DNA of 57,816 nt, the filler included, from Jimgerdemannia flammicorona (taxonomy: Eukaryota), in the NCBI GenBank assembly GCA_003990765.1. It is 2 parts of 2 records of this genome, joined end to end, with 100 filler letters (N's around TTAATTAATTAA, not from the genome) between each part and the next. Parts side by side here need not be neighbours in the genome. Positions count along the whole stretch, not along the records: positions 1 to 28,878 come from RBNJ01000538.1; 1 more part is not named here. One strand, 5' to 3'. The stretch's first letter is position 1, and the number at the start of each line of letters is the position of its first letter. Shown in pieces: positions 12,260 through 26,092 of the stretch. A program made the translations under genes and the position numbers. A model generated the notes under the pieces. That model was given only the letters and a program-made list of their open reading frames with translations. It was not told the DNA's origin and searched no databases.

Positions 12260-13456
12260 TTATATAGGTTTGTGGTACTTCTTAAGTCTGTTCCTATGTA
12301 CCATAGTAGGAAGTATGGTCCCTGAGATTTTTCTAAGCCAGAAGGTAGTTCCCTTGATATCTTGCATGTAGAAGGGTTCTTCCCATTTGGGCTCCAGTTT
12401 TTGTGACCATGAGGCTTCTACCATATTTTGATACAGTAGAACCTTTTCTCTGATTCGGATGGGTTCTAGGGCCTTGTAATTCTTTTCTGCATTCTTCCTT
12501 GTCAGCACTTGTAACTTGGTGATATAATCTTCAGCCTTCTTCCTGATTTGGTATAGTCTTCGGATTTCTGCATCAATCTGTCTCCAAGTTAGGTCTAGAT
12601 TTGTGGCTGAGGTTCCATCAGAATCTTCTTCTCCAAAGAGCAGCTCTCTTAGGGTAAAATGTGTGCTCTGTGACCATATGTCTCATAGAACAGAGAGGGT
12701 GGTTGAGAGATAGTTATTCCAATTCTCATATGTCTCTGAGATCTTCGCTAGGATATTCTTAAGGGTCTTATTGGTTCTCTCTGTCTGTCCATTTCCTTGA
12801 GGGTAGTATGCAGTGGTCTTGATGTACTGGATCTTGTATTTCTGATACATTATCTCATAGAATCTATTGACAAATTCTGTTCTGTGGTCTGTTGTGATTT
12901 GCTTTGGTGTCTTGTAGTGGCAGATGATTTCTCGGTATAGGAAGTCAGCTATAGAGAGGGCATTAGCTTCTTGTAATGCTCCTGCCTCTATCCATTTGGT
13001 GAAGAGGTCTACAATAACTATAATATAGTGGTTTCCTGATAGTATTACTGGTAGTGGTCCAATAATATCCATTGCAATATAGTAGAAGAGGATAGGCTCA
13101 ATTCTTGATGACCTGGATGCCTGGTCTTGCTGATCTTGTTTCTGTTTTTGGCACTTGTCACACCCTTTGACAAATTGGCACAGGTCTTCTTCCATCTTGG
13201 GCCACCACATGGTTCTTCTTGCCTTGTCATATGTGTTGGTTTCTCCTAAGTGTCCTTGCTCATGTACTTCCTTCATTACTTGATACTTCTTGTATTTGGG
13301 TATTACTAGCTTTTCTTCTTTTCTGAGTATAGTGTTGTCTAATTTAAACTATTTCCAAGTCTGGTTGATGATGGTGATTGTCCAGGGTTCAAGGTGGTTG
13401 GGCATCTTCCGCTGCCCAAGATAGCTGATTAATCCATAGTATAGCTCCTTATTCAT
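12260..13456 (-). pseudogene. Integrase ORF of A (HHCC zinc finger, DDE core, GPY/F-like tail) with its own ATG
   Basis: H..GHLG...CDKCQ, MDIIGPL, VDLFTKW, TDHRTEF, PQGNGQTERTN, KLEPKWEEPF. ORFs 13349-13552, 12683-13276 and 12260-12508 share one frame. Confidence 0.9.
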
Positions 13457-16400
13457 GTTGAATAATCTTGATGGGGGTGTTTCAGAGTATCCTTGAGAGT
13501 ACATCAGTATTGGTATTGATCTTTCCTGAGTGGTACTTGACAGTACAGTCATACTCTTGCAGCCTGTAGATCCATCTGGTATATATTCCTTTGGGGTTCA
13601 GAGTGTGGAATAGCCAGGCAAGAGTGAAATGGTCTGTTTGAATGGTGAAGTGTTTCCCAGCTAGGTAGTAGTGGAACTTGTCTATTGTCCAGACTACTGC
13701 TAAGCATTCAAGCTTGCATGACTTGTAGTTCTGTTCTGCTCTATGGGTATCTTGGCTTATATAGGAGATAACATATTCATGTCCATCTTTCTTCTGAGCT
13801 AGGACTGCTCCAAGTCCTATAGCACTTGCATCTGTCTGTAGGATGAATTCTAGGTTCCAGTCTGGTCTTCTGAAGATGGGTACTTGGGTCAACCTGATCT
13901 TGAGTTCATTGAAGGTTTCTTGGCACTCCTTGGTCCATTCAAATTTGGTCTCCTTCTTCAGTAGCTCATAGATAGGTGCTACAATGTTGGAGTATCCTTT
14001 GATGAATCTTCTGTAGTAGCTGGCCAGTCCAAGGAAGGCATGGACTTCTATGGTTGTTCTGGGTCTCAGGTAGGCTGCAACAGCCTTAATCTTCATGGGA
14101 TCTGTATGGATTCTGATCTGGTTGATGAGGTGTCCTAGGTAGGCAATTTCTTGAGCTACAAACTTGCATTTCTTGGGCTTGATGTAGAGGCCATGCTTCT
14201 TGAGCCTCTTGAGGGCTAGCTGTATGTGATTGATATATTCCCGTATAGTATTACTGAAGATGATCACATCATCAACATAGACAAAGAGCCATTTTCCAAT
14301 CTCATTGCTGAAGACTCTGTTCATCATTTGCTGGAAACTTGCTGGGGCATTGCACATTCCAAATGGTATTTGCAGATAGATATAGGTGGCATCAGGTGTG
14401 ATGAAGGCTGATTTCTCACTGGCATCTTGAGTGAGACTAATCTGATAGAAGCCTGAGAACAAATCCAAGGTAGTGTAGTATTTGGCTTCACTTCCAAGGG
14501 TGGTAAGAATTTCTTGAATATTTGGCAAGGGCTGCCTATCCTTCTTGATGATGGCATTGAGTTTCCTGTAGTCAATGCAGAGTCTTGGTGCAAACTCTCC
14601 AGACTTGCTTCCTTTCTTTGGGGCTAGGACAATGGGTGAGGCCCAGGGGCTGATAGCTTGCTTGATGATTCTGGCTTCTTTCATTTCCTTGAGTTCTGCT
14701 CACAGTCACTCTCTGTAGGCAGGTGGTATGGGTCTGGCTTTCTGGTAGATGGGCTTGGTATCACCAGTGTCAACTTTGTGATAGTACTTGGGTTCTTGAT
14801 TGTGGATATCCCTAAAGTCTATAGCAAGTACTCCTTTGTTCTGGTACAGGATCTTGAGAAGTTGTTCCTCCAGGGGAAAGTTTTCTCCAATGGTATATGT
14901 GTGCTTATTCTGGTTCTTGTCTTTCTTGTGCTCAAGTTTGGTAATCTTGGTGGTGGCATAGGCTCCTCTTCCAGTAGATCTAAAGCCTTGTTCTCCTCTC
15001 TTGGTCTTGATGAGTTTGATGGCTTCTATGATCTTGGACTTCTTGATTTCATGGATCAGCATCTGGCCAATCCTATCATACTTCTTGACTTCGAAGGGGG
15101 TAGTGTGGTTGTAATTTCTGACTATGAGGAAGATCTCGCCAGTGTAATCAGGGTCAATTACTCCTTCTTTAACTGAGATTTCACTTTTGACCAGACTGCT
15201 CCTGGTCTTGATAATTCTAGCATGGTTTTCTGGTAACTTGACTCCAATTCCAGTACCAAGTAGGGTGGTGGTCTGTGGTTTGAGAGTAGCATCTTGAATA
15301 CTGGTAAGATCCATTCCAATGGCTCCTTCAGTCTTGTATTCTGGGATCTTGGCTTCGGGGTGAAACTTCTTGACCTTGAGGGTGATGTCTGATTCTTATT
15401 CCTCCTCATCATCACTATCAGCTTGAAGCTCTGGGGACTGGTCATCTTCTTCGGCTTTCCTTTTTGCTTCAGCAGCTTCTTGCTCATATTTCTGTTGGTG
15501 GATTTTCCTGACTTCACTGATATAGGACCAGCAGTCATTCAGGTATTCGGAGCAGTACATTCTAGTACCATGGGGGCATCTTCCTTGAGAGGCATACCCA
15601 TCGATGATCTTGTTATACCACTGCTCATCTGTGAGCTTGGGTGTCTTGTTCTTGTTCTTGTTCACCAAGTGCATGAAGACCTCTGTGTCCTCTTCATCTC
15701 CTTCCTCCATGTCTGGTAGAACTCCTTTGTGGACATTGATAGAGACTTGTACCTTTCTTCCTCTGTAGTTGATCTGCATCTTCTGGGCATTGAGGTCAAT
15801 GATGGCCTTGGCCTTATGAAGCCATTGGTTGCCAATAAGGATGTTATAGTTGGTGGCACTTGTAACAATCATGTCTACTGGAATGGTAGCTCCTCCTATC
15901 TTGATGGGGACTTCTTGGATTTTGCTAAGGGGGGTAGCTCATATACCATCTGCTGTGATATAGACCATCTTGGTGGACTCTTCAATGTCCCAACCTAGGT
16001 GGTCAATTGCCTTCTTGCTCATGAGGCATCCTCCAGCACCAGTATCAATGATGGTATCAAAGATACAGTCTTCAATCTGACATAGGGTATAGGCTGATAT
16101 CTTGTACTAGTCTTCAGATTCTTCACCTGAGTTCTTGGATTCTTCCTGTGCATTGTGAGCTTCTATAATCTTGTACTCTTGATTCTTGACAGTAGTTGCA
16201 AGTCCTACTCTCAACTGCTGTCTGAAGGCAGGGACTTCAGCTAGCTGTCCAAAAGTGGCATTGACCTTCTGTTCCTTGAGATCCTTGTAGATATCATACT
16301 GGTGGATCTTGGTCTTACGCAGCTTCTGTTCCTTCTTGCTTTTACTTTCTCTTGAGACTGGGGTAGTGCCTTTAATAATTTGGTGGGCAGCTTCATCTAA

Positions 16401-17474
16401 CTCCATGTCTTGATCAATCTTCTTAGGTTGGGTCTTGCTTTGAATAGTGATAGCTGGGGTCTTCTTTGGTCTTCCAACTGGCTTGCTGTTGCTCTTCTTG
16501 TCATAGGGCTTAGACTGGGTTCTGGTACCTTCAGTAGCAGGGTAGAATTTGAGCTCCTCATAGTATTCTTCATCATCAGTGTCACCAATCTCCTTGATGA
16601 CTACTGTATTAGTTTGTTCTCTGGTTCTGCTAGCATTGCTTAGTTGGGCTTTGCATCTTGTTTTGGTTATGCAACTCTTTGCATAGTGGCCTTCCTCTCC
16701 ACATCTGAAGCATATAATATTGCATTCTTCTATAGCAGCTACAAATCTCTATACTGATCTTCTGTTGGCACTTCAGACTTCTCTAATAACATCACCAAGA
16801 TATGCAGTCATCTCGGTAAACTGCTTGGCAAGTTCCTCCACTGGATCAGCTTTGGCTGTCTTGGGGGTAGGTGGGGTTGGTTGTCTATTTATGACTGTGG
16901 CAGGTAAGATACTAGTTGGCTTTGATGGCTCCATCTTGATGCCAGTTATTTTCTCCATTGAGTGTTTGGTAGGGTGTCTGGTAGTCCAATATCTCTGTGT
17001 AAAGACCACTTTCTGATCAAGAGTCAGTACAGCTGGGGTAGACCAGATTGCTAGGGCAATTTCAGAGTGAACTTCTTTGAGGAAAGTTGAATCCACTATT
17101 TGTTCCTTGAGGCAGTCATCATAGCCAGCCAAGACAATCTGATGGCAAATTCAAGTATAGAATGAGTTGGGATCTTTACTAAGTCCCTGGCAGATAGTAT
17201 TGAGTTGATCCTTGAGAGCTTGCTTGATCTCTTTGGTATAATATATTGTTCTGAGGAAGACCTTCATGTTGGCAAGTTTGGCTATACCAGTATCAGCAAT
17301 GGTGACTATATTGAACTTGTCTCTGGCAGGTCCTCTAAGGCCAACTGGTAGAAGGGCCAATTATGCATCCACACCAAGGGCTCATATGGCAGCAAATTGT
17401 TCAAAGTCTTCAATGAAGATCAGGATTGACTCTTCAGTAGTATATCCATAGAATGTGGGGGGGCACATTTCCAT
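13449..17474 (-). pseudogene. gag-protease-dUTPase-RT-RNaseH polyprotein of A (single frame, interrupted by point-mutation stops)
   Basis: CFRCGEEGHYAKSC zinc knuckle (~16670-16712). IIDTGAGGC protease (~16025-16055). RT SPWASP, DYRKLN, YVDD. RH TDAS. All ORF-track fragments from 17360 to 14684 are offset by multiples of 3. Confidence 0.9.
14970..15380 (-). pseudogene. dut: Trimeric-type dUTPase domain between protease and RT (element A)
   Basis: Motifs GMDL, RSS, GVIDPDYTGEI, DRIGQ and RGEQGF(R)STG. Confidence 0.95.
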
Positions 17475-17573
17475 CTTGTCTTAAATTCTTGCAGGGGTGA
17501 CTCTTGTAGTCAGGGTAGTTATTGTGGGGGTTGTTTGTTTTTCAGCTTAAAAGTGAGGGATTCATCTTGAATT

Positions 17574-17591
17574 ACCAGCCAATGGATACCA
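17574..17591 (-). other. Primer-binding site of A (TGGTATCCATTGGCTGGT), 3 nt inside the 5' LTR boundary
   Basis: Starts with TGG, complementary to tRNA CCA. A decayed homolog is at the same position in B. The cognate tRNA cannot be assigned. Confidence 0.7.
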
Positions 17592-17594
17592 AGT

Positions 17595-19153
17595 TGTCAT
17601 GTAGTGGTCACTGAGTTCTTCAAATATGCCAGATTCTCTTCAAGGTATATCTCTTAGACTAACTCAAGTTTGTTATAAGCAAGTTCTTATTGGAGTGCCT
17701 TCCCAAGGTCTTATAGTTCTCAAACTTCTTATCTTTAACTGTCTTATTATCTCTTAGATTACTTACAAGGAAGTGTATATAAGTGAAACTGGAACTGACT
17801 TTATTTCAGAGGAAATAAGAGGGGTATTTATACAAAATATAATTCAATAGTTACTAAAAATATAAATTCCAATAACTAAAACTACTAAGTTCCAGGGTCA
17901 GCACTGATAGTTGTACAGGTTCAGAATACTGGTATTATTTGGTATCATATCAAAATGTCGGTGCTGGAACAATTTCGCATCACCTCAGAATACTGATGCT
18001 GGCATTATCTAGTGTTATATGAGAATACCGGTGCTGGCATTATCCAGTGTAACAAAGAACTTAGAGCAGAAAGTTCAGGATCATAGGGGCTTCATCATCA
18101 TCATCATTATTACTGAAGGAGATGAGATCTGCAAATTCATCATGCAGGTCACACATTTTGTGTACTTCAGGTATATCATGCATCTTATGTATGTTGAAGT
18201 CATGTGGGATGACATCATCACCAATGATGTCATCATGTTAGTAGTAGGGAAATTGGGAACAAGGAGATCCAGAGCTCTCCAGTCTATGAGGTTCTCTTTC
18301 ACAAAATAGGAAACAAATGTGGGATCTTAGGGAGGTCTAATCTGGATACTTGGGCCTTGGAATACTGAGATCAATCCTTACAGGAATTGATCTGGGTTGT
18401 CCTGAAGGATAGGATGCCAGAAGTCTTCTACTTCTTCACTGTTGAGGGTGATAGTGGACTAGGCTTCTGTAGCCACCCTGGCTTCTAGTGCATTGATACA
18501 GCAGGATGATAGATCTCTGAGGTCTGAGACTCTAACATACTCCAAGTTGGGGATCAACCATGGTGCATGCCTGAAGATCTGATGGATCTTCTTAGCTGTC
18601 CTCATTTCACATATATCCATGAGAGTGGCATCTTGTAGCTCTTGAGTACTGGTCTGTAGGAACTTCTGGCAGAGGAGGTTTCCTATTTCATACTCCTGCC
18701 ATATTTGGAGGTATTCAGTAGCAATAGTGATCCTTGTTTCCATCTCATGGCAGTAGAGAATAAAGTAATAAGGGTTTGCAGTACCCAGGTTGACACTGGG
18801 AGTCCTTCTTGAGCAGATCCCCATGGCTCTTCTGATGTCTTAGAACATTCTTTCTTCAACTAAAGTACCTTGATGGTTCTTTGACCTTGAGGTTTGGTGG
18901 GCAGCAGACATTTTATTTGTGGTAAGTCTTTGAGCTATTTTAGAATTGGTGGTTCTTGTTGGTTGCTGCTACTGTGGTTCCTTGATCCTTCTTTTATATT
19001 CTTCAGGATGCTTATACTATGGTCACAATGACTCACAGTTGGTCATCATTGCTCATCTCATATGCTGTATGATCTTCTTGTACTCTGATCTGGTGGTTTG
19101 CAAGAAAAGACTGTCTTCTGTGCTGATGTCATCATTCTGGGGTCACTGTTACA
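17595..19153 (-). repeat. 5' LTR of A
   Basis: TG...CA termini, adjacent PBS, direct repeat of 10325-11896. Confidence 0.95.
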
Positions 19154-20766
19154 ATATAAAATATAATTCAATAATTGCTAAGTTATAAAGTTAAATATAA
19201 ATTCCAATAACTAAATAAAACACTAAAATATAGAAAACTTCAGTTATAAGTATAAATTTGAGTATTTGTACAAATAGTTATATAAGTTCAGAATGTTAGT
19301 AGATTTCAATGTTACTAAGAACTTAGAGCAGAATATTCAGGACTATGGAGGCTTCATCTTCATCACTATCATCAAGACTAGAGATCAGAGACAGGATATC
19401 TTCAAAGGAAATGAGATTGGTAAATATTTTGTCTATTTTATATATTTCATATATATTACCAATTAGTGAGATGATATCATCACCAATGATATCATTATGT
19501 TTGGCAGTAATAGAGGCTCTCCAATCTATAACATTCTCTTTTACAAAATAAGGAACAAATGTAGAGTCTTGGGGAGGTCTAATCCGGATGCTAGGGCCTT
19601 AGAATACTGAGATCAATTCTTGCAGAAATTGATCTAAATTGTCCTAAAGGATGAGATTTCAGAACTCTTCTACTTTATTACTATTGAGAGTAATAGTAGA
19701 CTGGGCTTCTGTGGCCACTATGGCCTCTAGTACATTGGTATAGCAGGCTGATAATTTCTTGAAGTCTAAGATTCTAGTATACTCCAAGTTGGGGATTGGC
19801 TATAGTATATGCCTGAAGACCTGATAAATCTTTTTGGCTGTCCTTATTTCATATGTATCTATAGAAGTGATATTTTATATCTCTTGGAGACTAACCTGAG
19901 AGAATTCTAGATAGAGAAGGTTTCCTATTTCATATTCCTGCCATATCCAGAGGCATTTAATAGTAATAGTGATCCTTGTTTCCATTTTATGATAGTAGAG
20001 AATATAGTAATAAGGGTCACCAGTATTCAGGTTAAGGCTAGGAGTCCTTCTTGTATAGGTTCTCATGGCTCTTCTGATATCTTAGAACATCCTTTCTTGA
20101 ATTAAGAGGTCTTGATAGTTCCTGGACCTTGAGGTTTAGTGAGTGGCAGATATTTTGTTTATAGTAAATATTTTAAACTATTTCTGTGAGCCTTTTTTGA
20201 GTTGCTGCTACTGTAGTTTCTTAATTCTTTTTATATTCCTTGAGATGTCTGTCTTGTAGTCATAATGACTTATAGTTGGTCATCATTGCTCATCTTATAG
20301 CCCAGGTGAGTTATGCTATATAATCTTCTTGTACTCTGATCTGGTGGCTTATAAGAAAAGGCTGTCTCCTGTAATGATGTCATTATTCTGAGATCACTGT
20401 TACATCTTTCTCCTAAATAAGAATCTTCTCTTGAATATCCTTATTCATTGGTTCAGTCTGAAAAATATTTTATAACCTCTGGTAGGGGGTTGAAAAGTGA
20501 TATTTATGGACTGATATCTTTTTTATATATTTTGGCATAATAGTGAAGAGTTGCTCTCTTCATATAAAGAGTAAGGGTCTGATTCTGATCTTGATCAATT
20601 AGTTGATAGTTCAAACTCCTCTGGCTTCAAAAGTCTTATAAATAAGTAGTTGCTAGTATCATATCTCTTAGAGAATAGTCCAGACAGATTGTCTACTGAT
20701 CATGAGATATGCTGTTATAATTTACAGACTAGAACCTTATAGACAGTCATCACATTTTACTTCTCT

Positions 20767-23700
20767 TATATAGATTTATAGTACTTCTTAAGTCTGTTTC
20801 TGTATACCATAGTAGGTAGTATAGTCTCTGAGAGTTTTTTAAGCTAGAAAGTAGTTCTCTTGATATCTTATATATAGAAGAGTTCTTTCTATTTGGGCTC
20901 CAGCTTTTGTGACTATGAGGCTTCTGCTATATTTCAATACAGTAGGACCTTTTCTCCAATTTGGATGGGTTTTAGGGTCTTGTAATTCTTTTCTATATTC
21001 TTTCTTATCAGTACTTGTGACTTTATGATATGATCTTCAGCCTTCTTTCTGATTTGATGTAGTCTTTAGATTTCTGAGTCAATTCATCTCTAAATTAGAT
21101 CTAGATTTATAACTGAGGTTCTATCAGAATCTTCTCCAAAGAGCAGTTCTCTTAGAGTAAAGTGTGTACTCTGTGATAGTATGTTCTATAGGACAGAGAG
21201 AGTAGTTGAAAGGTAGTTATCCCAATTATCATATGTGTCTGAGATCTTTACCAGGATGTTCTTGAGGGTCTTATTGGTTCTTTCTATCTGTCTATTTCCT
21301 TGAGAGTGATATATAGTAGTCTTGATGTGCTGAATCTTGTATTTCTGATATATTATCTCATAGAATCTATTGACAAATTCTATACTATAGTCTGTAGTGA
21401 TTTACCTTGGTGTCTTGTAGTGGCAGATGATTTCTTAGTATAGAAAGTCAGCTATAGAGAGAGTATTGGCTTCTTGTAATACTCCTGCTTCTATCTATTT
21501 GGTAAAGAGGTCTATGATAACTATAATTTAGTAATTTCCTGATAGTATTACTAGTAGTAGTCCAATGATATCCATTGTAATATGATTAAAGAGAATAGGC
21601 TCAATTCTTGATGATCTGAGTACCTGGTCTTACTGATCTTGTTTCTGTTTTTAGTACTTATTACACCTTTTGAAAAATTGGCACAGGTCTTCTTTTATCT
21701 TAGGCCATAATATGATTCTTCTTACCTTATCATATATGTTGGTTCCTCCTTGATGTTCTTGTTTGTGTACTTTCTTCATTACTTGATATTTCTTATATTT
21801 AGGTATTATGAGCTTTCCTCCTTTTCTGAGTATAGTGTTGTCTAGTTCAAATTGTTTCCAAGTTCAGTTGATGATAGTGATAGTCTAGGGTTCAAGGTGA
21901 TTGGGTATCTTCTATTGCCTAAGATAGCTGATTAATCCATAGTATAGCTTCTTATTTATATTTAATAGTCTTAATGGGAGTATTTTAAGATGTCTTTGAG
22001 AGTATATCAGCATTGACATTGATTCTTTCTGAGTAGTGCTTGACAGTACAGTTATACTCTTGTAGTCTGTAGATTTATCTAGTATATATTCCTTTGGAGT
22101 TCAGAGTGTGGAATAGCCAGATGAGAGCAGAATGGTCTGTTTGAATAGTGAAGTATTTCTTGGCTAGATAGTAGTGAAACTTGTCTACTATTTAAACTAC
22201 TGCTAAGTATTTTAGCTTGTATGACTCATAGTTCTGTTCTGCTATATAGATATCTTGGCTTGCATAAGAGATGATATATTCATGTCTATCTTTCTTCTGA
22301 GCTAGAACTGCTTCAAGTTCTATAATACTTATATCTATCTGCAGAATGAACTCTAGGTTCCAATCTGATCTTCTGAGGATGGGTGCTTGGGTCAATCTGG
22401 TCTTAAGTTTATTGAAGATTTCTTTATATTTCTTAGTTTATTTGAATTTGGTCTCCTTCTTCAGTAGCTCATAGATAGGTACTATAATATTAGAGTATCC
22501 TTTGATGAATCTTCTGTAGTAGGAGACCAGTCTAAGGAAGGCATAGACTTCTGTAGTTATTCTGGGTCTTGGGTAGGCTGCAACAGTCTCAATCTTTATA
22601 GAGTCTGTATGAATTTCAGTCTGGTTAATGATGTGTCCTAGGTAGGTGATTTTCTGAGCTACAAACTTACACTTCTTGGGCTTGATATAGAGACCATACT
22701 CTTTGAGCTTCTTGAGAGCTAGCTGTATATGGTTTACATATTCCTGTATAGTATTGCTGAAGATAATTATATCATTAATATAGATAAAGAGCTATTTTTC
22801 AATCTCATTACTGAAGACTCTATTTATCATTTATTGAAAACTTACTGAGGTATTGCATATTCCAAATGATATTCACAGATAGACATAGGTGGCATCAGGT
22901 ATAATGAAGGTTGATTTCTCACTGGTATCTTGAGTGAGACCAATCTGATGAAAGTCTGAGAACAGATCCAAAGTGGTATAGTATTTGGCTTTACTTTCAA
23001 GAGTGGTAAAGATTTCTTAAATATTTGGTAAGAGCTGCCTATCCTTCTTGATGATTGCATTGAGCTTTCTGTAATCAATATAGAGTCTGGGGGGTAAACT
23101 CTCCAGGCTTGCTTTCTTTCTTTAGGGTAAGGATAATAGGTGAAGCTCAGAAGCTGATAGCTTGCTTAATGATTCCAGTTTCTTTTATTTTCTTGAGTTC
23201 TGCTTGTAGCCATTCTCTATAGACAGATGGTATAGGTCTGGCTTTCTGATAGATGGGCTTAGTATCACCAGTATCAACTTCATAATAGTACTTGGGTTCT
23301 TGATTGTAGATATCCCTGAAGTCTGTAGCAAGTACTCCTTCATTTTGATATAAGATCTTGAGAAGTTGTTCTTCTAGGGGAAAGTTTTCTTCAATGATAT
23401 ATGTATGCTTATTCTGGTTTTTATCTTTCTTGTGCTCAAGTTCAGTAATCTTAGTAGCAGTATAGGCTCCTCTTCCAGTAGATCCAAAGTCTTGTTCTCC
23501 TTTCTTAATCTTGATAAGTTCAATGAATTTAGTGATCTTGGGCTTCTTGACTTTATGGATCAGTATCTGGCCAATCCTGTCATACTTCTTGACTTCAAAT
23601 GGGGTGGTGGAGTTGTAATTCCTAACTATGAGAAAGATCTCACCAGTATAATCAGAGTCAATTACTCCTCCTTCAACTGAGATTTCACTTTTAGTCAGAT

Positions 23701-25972
23701 TGCTCCTGGTCTTGATAATTCTAGCATAGTTCTCTGGCAACTTAACTCCAATTTCAGTGCTAAGTAGAGTAGTGATCTGTGGTTCAAGGATAGTATCTTG
23801 AATATTGGCAAGATCTATTCCTATGGCTCCTTCAGTCTTATATTCTGGGATCTTGGCTTTATGATGAAACTTTTTAACCTTGAGAGTGATATTTAGTTCT
23901 CATCATCACTATCAGCTTAAAGCTCTAGGGACTGGTTATCTTCTTTAGCTTTCCTTTTTGCTTCAGCAGCTTCTTATTCATACTTTTGTTGATGGATTTT
24001 CCTGACTTCACTGATATAGGACCAGTAGTCATTCAAGTATTCAGAGCAATACATTCTAGTACCATGGGGGTATCTTCCTTGAGAGATATAGCCATAAATG
24101 ATTTTATTGTACCACTGCTCATCTGTGAGCTTGGGTATCTTGTTCTTATTCTTATATACTAAGTACATAAAAACTTCTATATTCTCTTCATCTCCTTTCT
24201 CTATGTCTAATAGTATTCCTTTGTTAATATTGATAAAGACTTATACCTTTCTTCCTCTATAGTTAATCTGTATTTTCTGAACATTGAGATCAATGATAGT
24301 CTTGGTCTTATGAAGCTATTAGTTGCTAATAAGAATATCATAATTGGTGGTACTTGTAACAATTATATCTACTAGGATGATAGCTCCTCCTATCTTGATA
24401 GAGACTTCTTAGATCTTACCTAGAGGAATAGCTCATAAACTATCTACTGTAATATAGACCATTCTGGTAGACTCTTCAATGTCTCAGCCTAGGTGATCAA
24501 TTGTCTTCTTACTTATAAAACATCCTTCAGTACTAGTATCAATGATGGTATCAAAGATACAATCTTCAATCTGACATGAGGTATAGGCTAATGTTTTGTA
24601 CTGGTTTTCAGATTCTTTATCTAAGTTCTCAGATTCTTCTTGTATATTGTGGGCTTCTATAATCTTGTACTCTTGGTTCTTAACAGTGGTTGCAAGTCCT
24701 ACTCTCAACTGCTGTCTGAATGTAGGAACTTTGGCTAGCTATTCAAAAGTAATATTGACCTTCTGTTCCTTGAGGTCCTTGTAGATATCATACTGATGGA
24801 TCTTGGTCTTGTACAGCTTCTGTCCTTTCTTGCTCTCACTTTCTTCTGAGACTGAAGTAGTGTCTTCAATAATTTAGCAGACAGCTTCATCTAACTCTAT
24901 GTCTTAATCAATCTCCTTAAGTTGGGTTTTGCTTTGAATAGTGACAGCTGTAGTCTTCTTTAGTCTTCCAACTGGCTTGCTATTGTTCTTCTTATCATAG
25001 GGCTTGGACTGGGTTCTAGTATCTTCAGTAACAGAGTAGAATTCAGACTCTTTGTAGTATTCTTCATTATCAGTATCACTGATCTCCTTGATGACTACTG
25101 CATTGATTTGTTCTCTGGTTTTGATAGTATTACTTGGTTGGGCTTTGTGTCTTATTTCAGTTATATAACTCTTTGTATAGTGGTCTTCTTCTTTATATTT
25201 GAAGTATGTGATACTATATTCTTCTGTAGTAATTATAAATCTCTATATTGGTCTCCTGTTAGTACTTCAGACTTCTCTAACAACATTACCAAGATATGCA
25301 GTCATCTTGAAAAACTACTTGGTAAGTTTCTCCACTAGGTTAGCTTTGGCTGCCTTGAGAGTAGGTAGAGATAGTTATCTATTTATGACTGTAGTAGATA
25401 TAATACTAATTAGCTTTTATAGTTCCATTTTGATATCAGTTATTTTCTCTATTAAGTATTCAGTGGGGTGTCTGACAGTCTAATATCTCTATACAAAGAC
25501 CACTTTCTGGTCAAAAGTCAGAGCAGCTGGAGTAGATCAGATTGCTAGAGCAATTTCAGAATAAACTTCTTTAAGGAAGATTGAATCAGCTATTTGTTCC
25601 TTGAGGATATCATTATAGCTAGTCAAGACAATCTGGTAGTAGATTCAGATGTAGAATGAGTTGAGATCTTTACTAAGTCTCTAGTAGATAGTATTAAGTT
25701 AATCCTTAAGAGCTTGCTTAATCTCTTCAGTATAGTATATATATAGTTCTGAGGAAGGTCTTCATGTTGGCAAGTTTGGCTGTACTAGTATCAGCAATGA
25801 TGGCTGCATTGAACTTATCTCTGGCAGGTCCTCTAAGGCTAACTGATAGAAGGGCCAATTATATATCCACATTAAGGGCTTATAAGGTGACAAATTGTTT
25901 AAAGTCTTCAATAAAGGTCAGGATTGACTCTTTAGTAGTATATCTATAGAATGTGGGGGGATGTATTTCTAT
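20767..25972 (-). pseudogene. gag-PR-dUTPase-RT-RH and integrase of B, more decayed than A
   Basis: Colinear with A. dUTPase GGVIDSDYTGEI...QDFGSTG at ~23474-23884. Protease IIDTSTEGC in ORF 24484-24708. Confidence 0.9.
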
Positions 25973-26092
25973 CTTATCTTGAATTCTTGTAGGGGTGACT
26001 CTTATAGTCAGAATAGTTATTATAGTAGTTGTTTATTTTTCAGCTTAAAAGTGAGAGATTCATCTTAAATCACCAGTCAATAGGTATCAAGT

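Larger units (their letters stand above)
10325..19153 (-). mobile_element. Ty3/gypsy LTR retrotransposon A (dUTPase family), full length ~8.8 kb
   Basis: LTRs 10325-11896 and 17595-19153 (TGTAACA...ATGACA on the - strand). PPT AGGAGGAAGA at 11897-11906. PBS at 17574-17591. TSD ATAT at 10321-10324 and 19154-19157. Confidence 0.95.

Noticed and set aside
14706..15380. dUTPase as a host gene or an endogenous virus gene
   Set aside because: It is in frame within gag-pol of an element with LTRs, PBS, PPT, integrase and TSD, and it is present in both copies.
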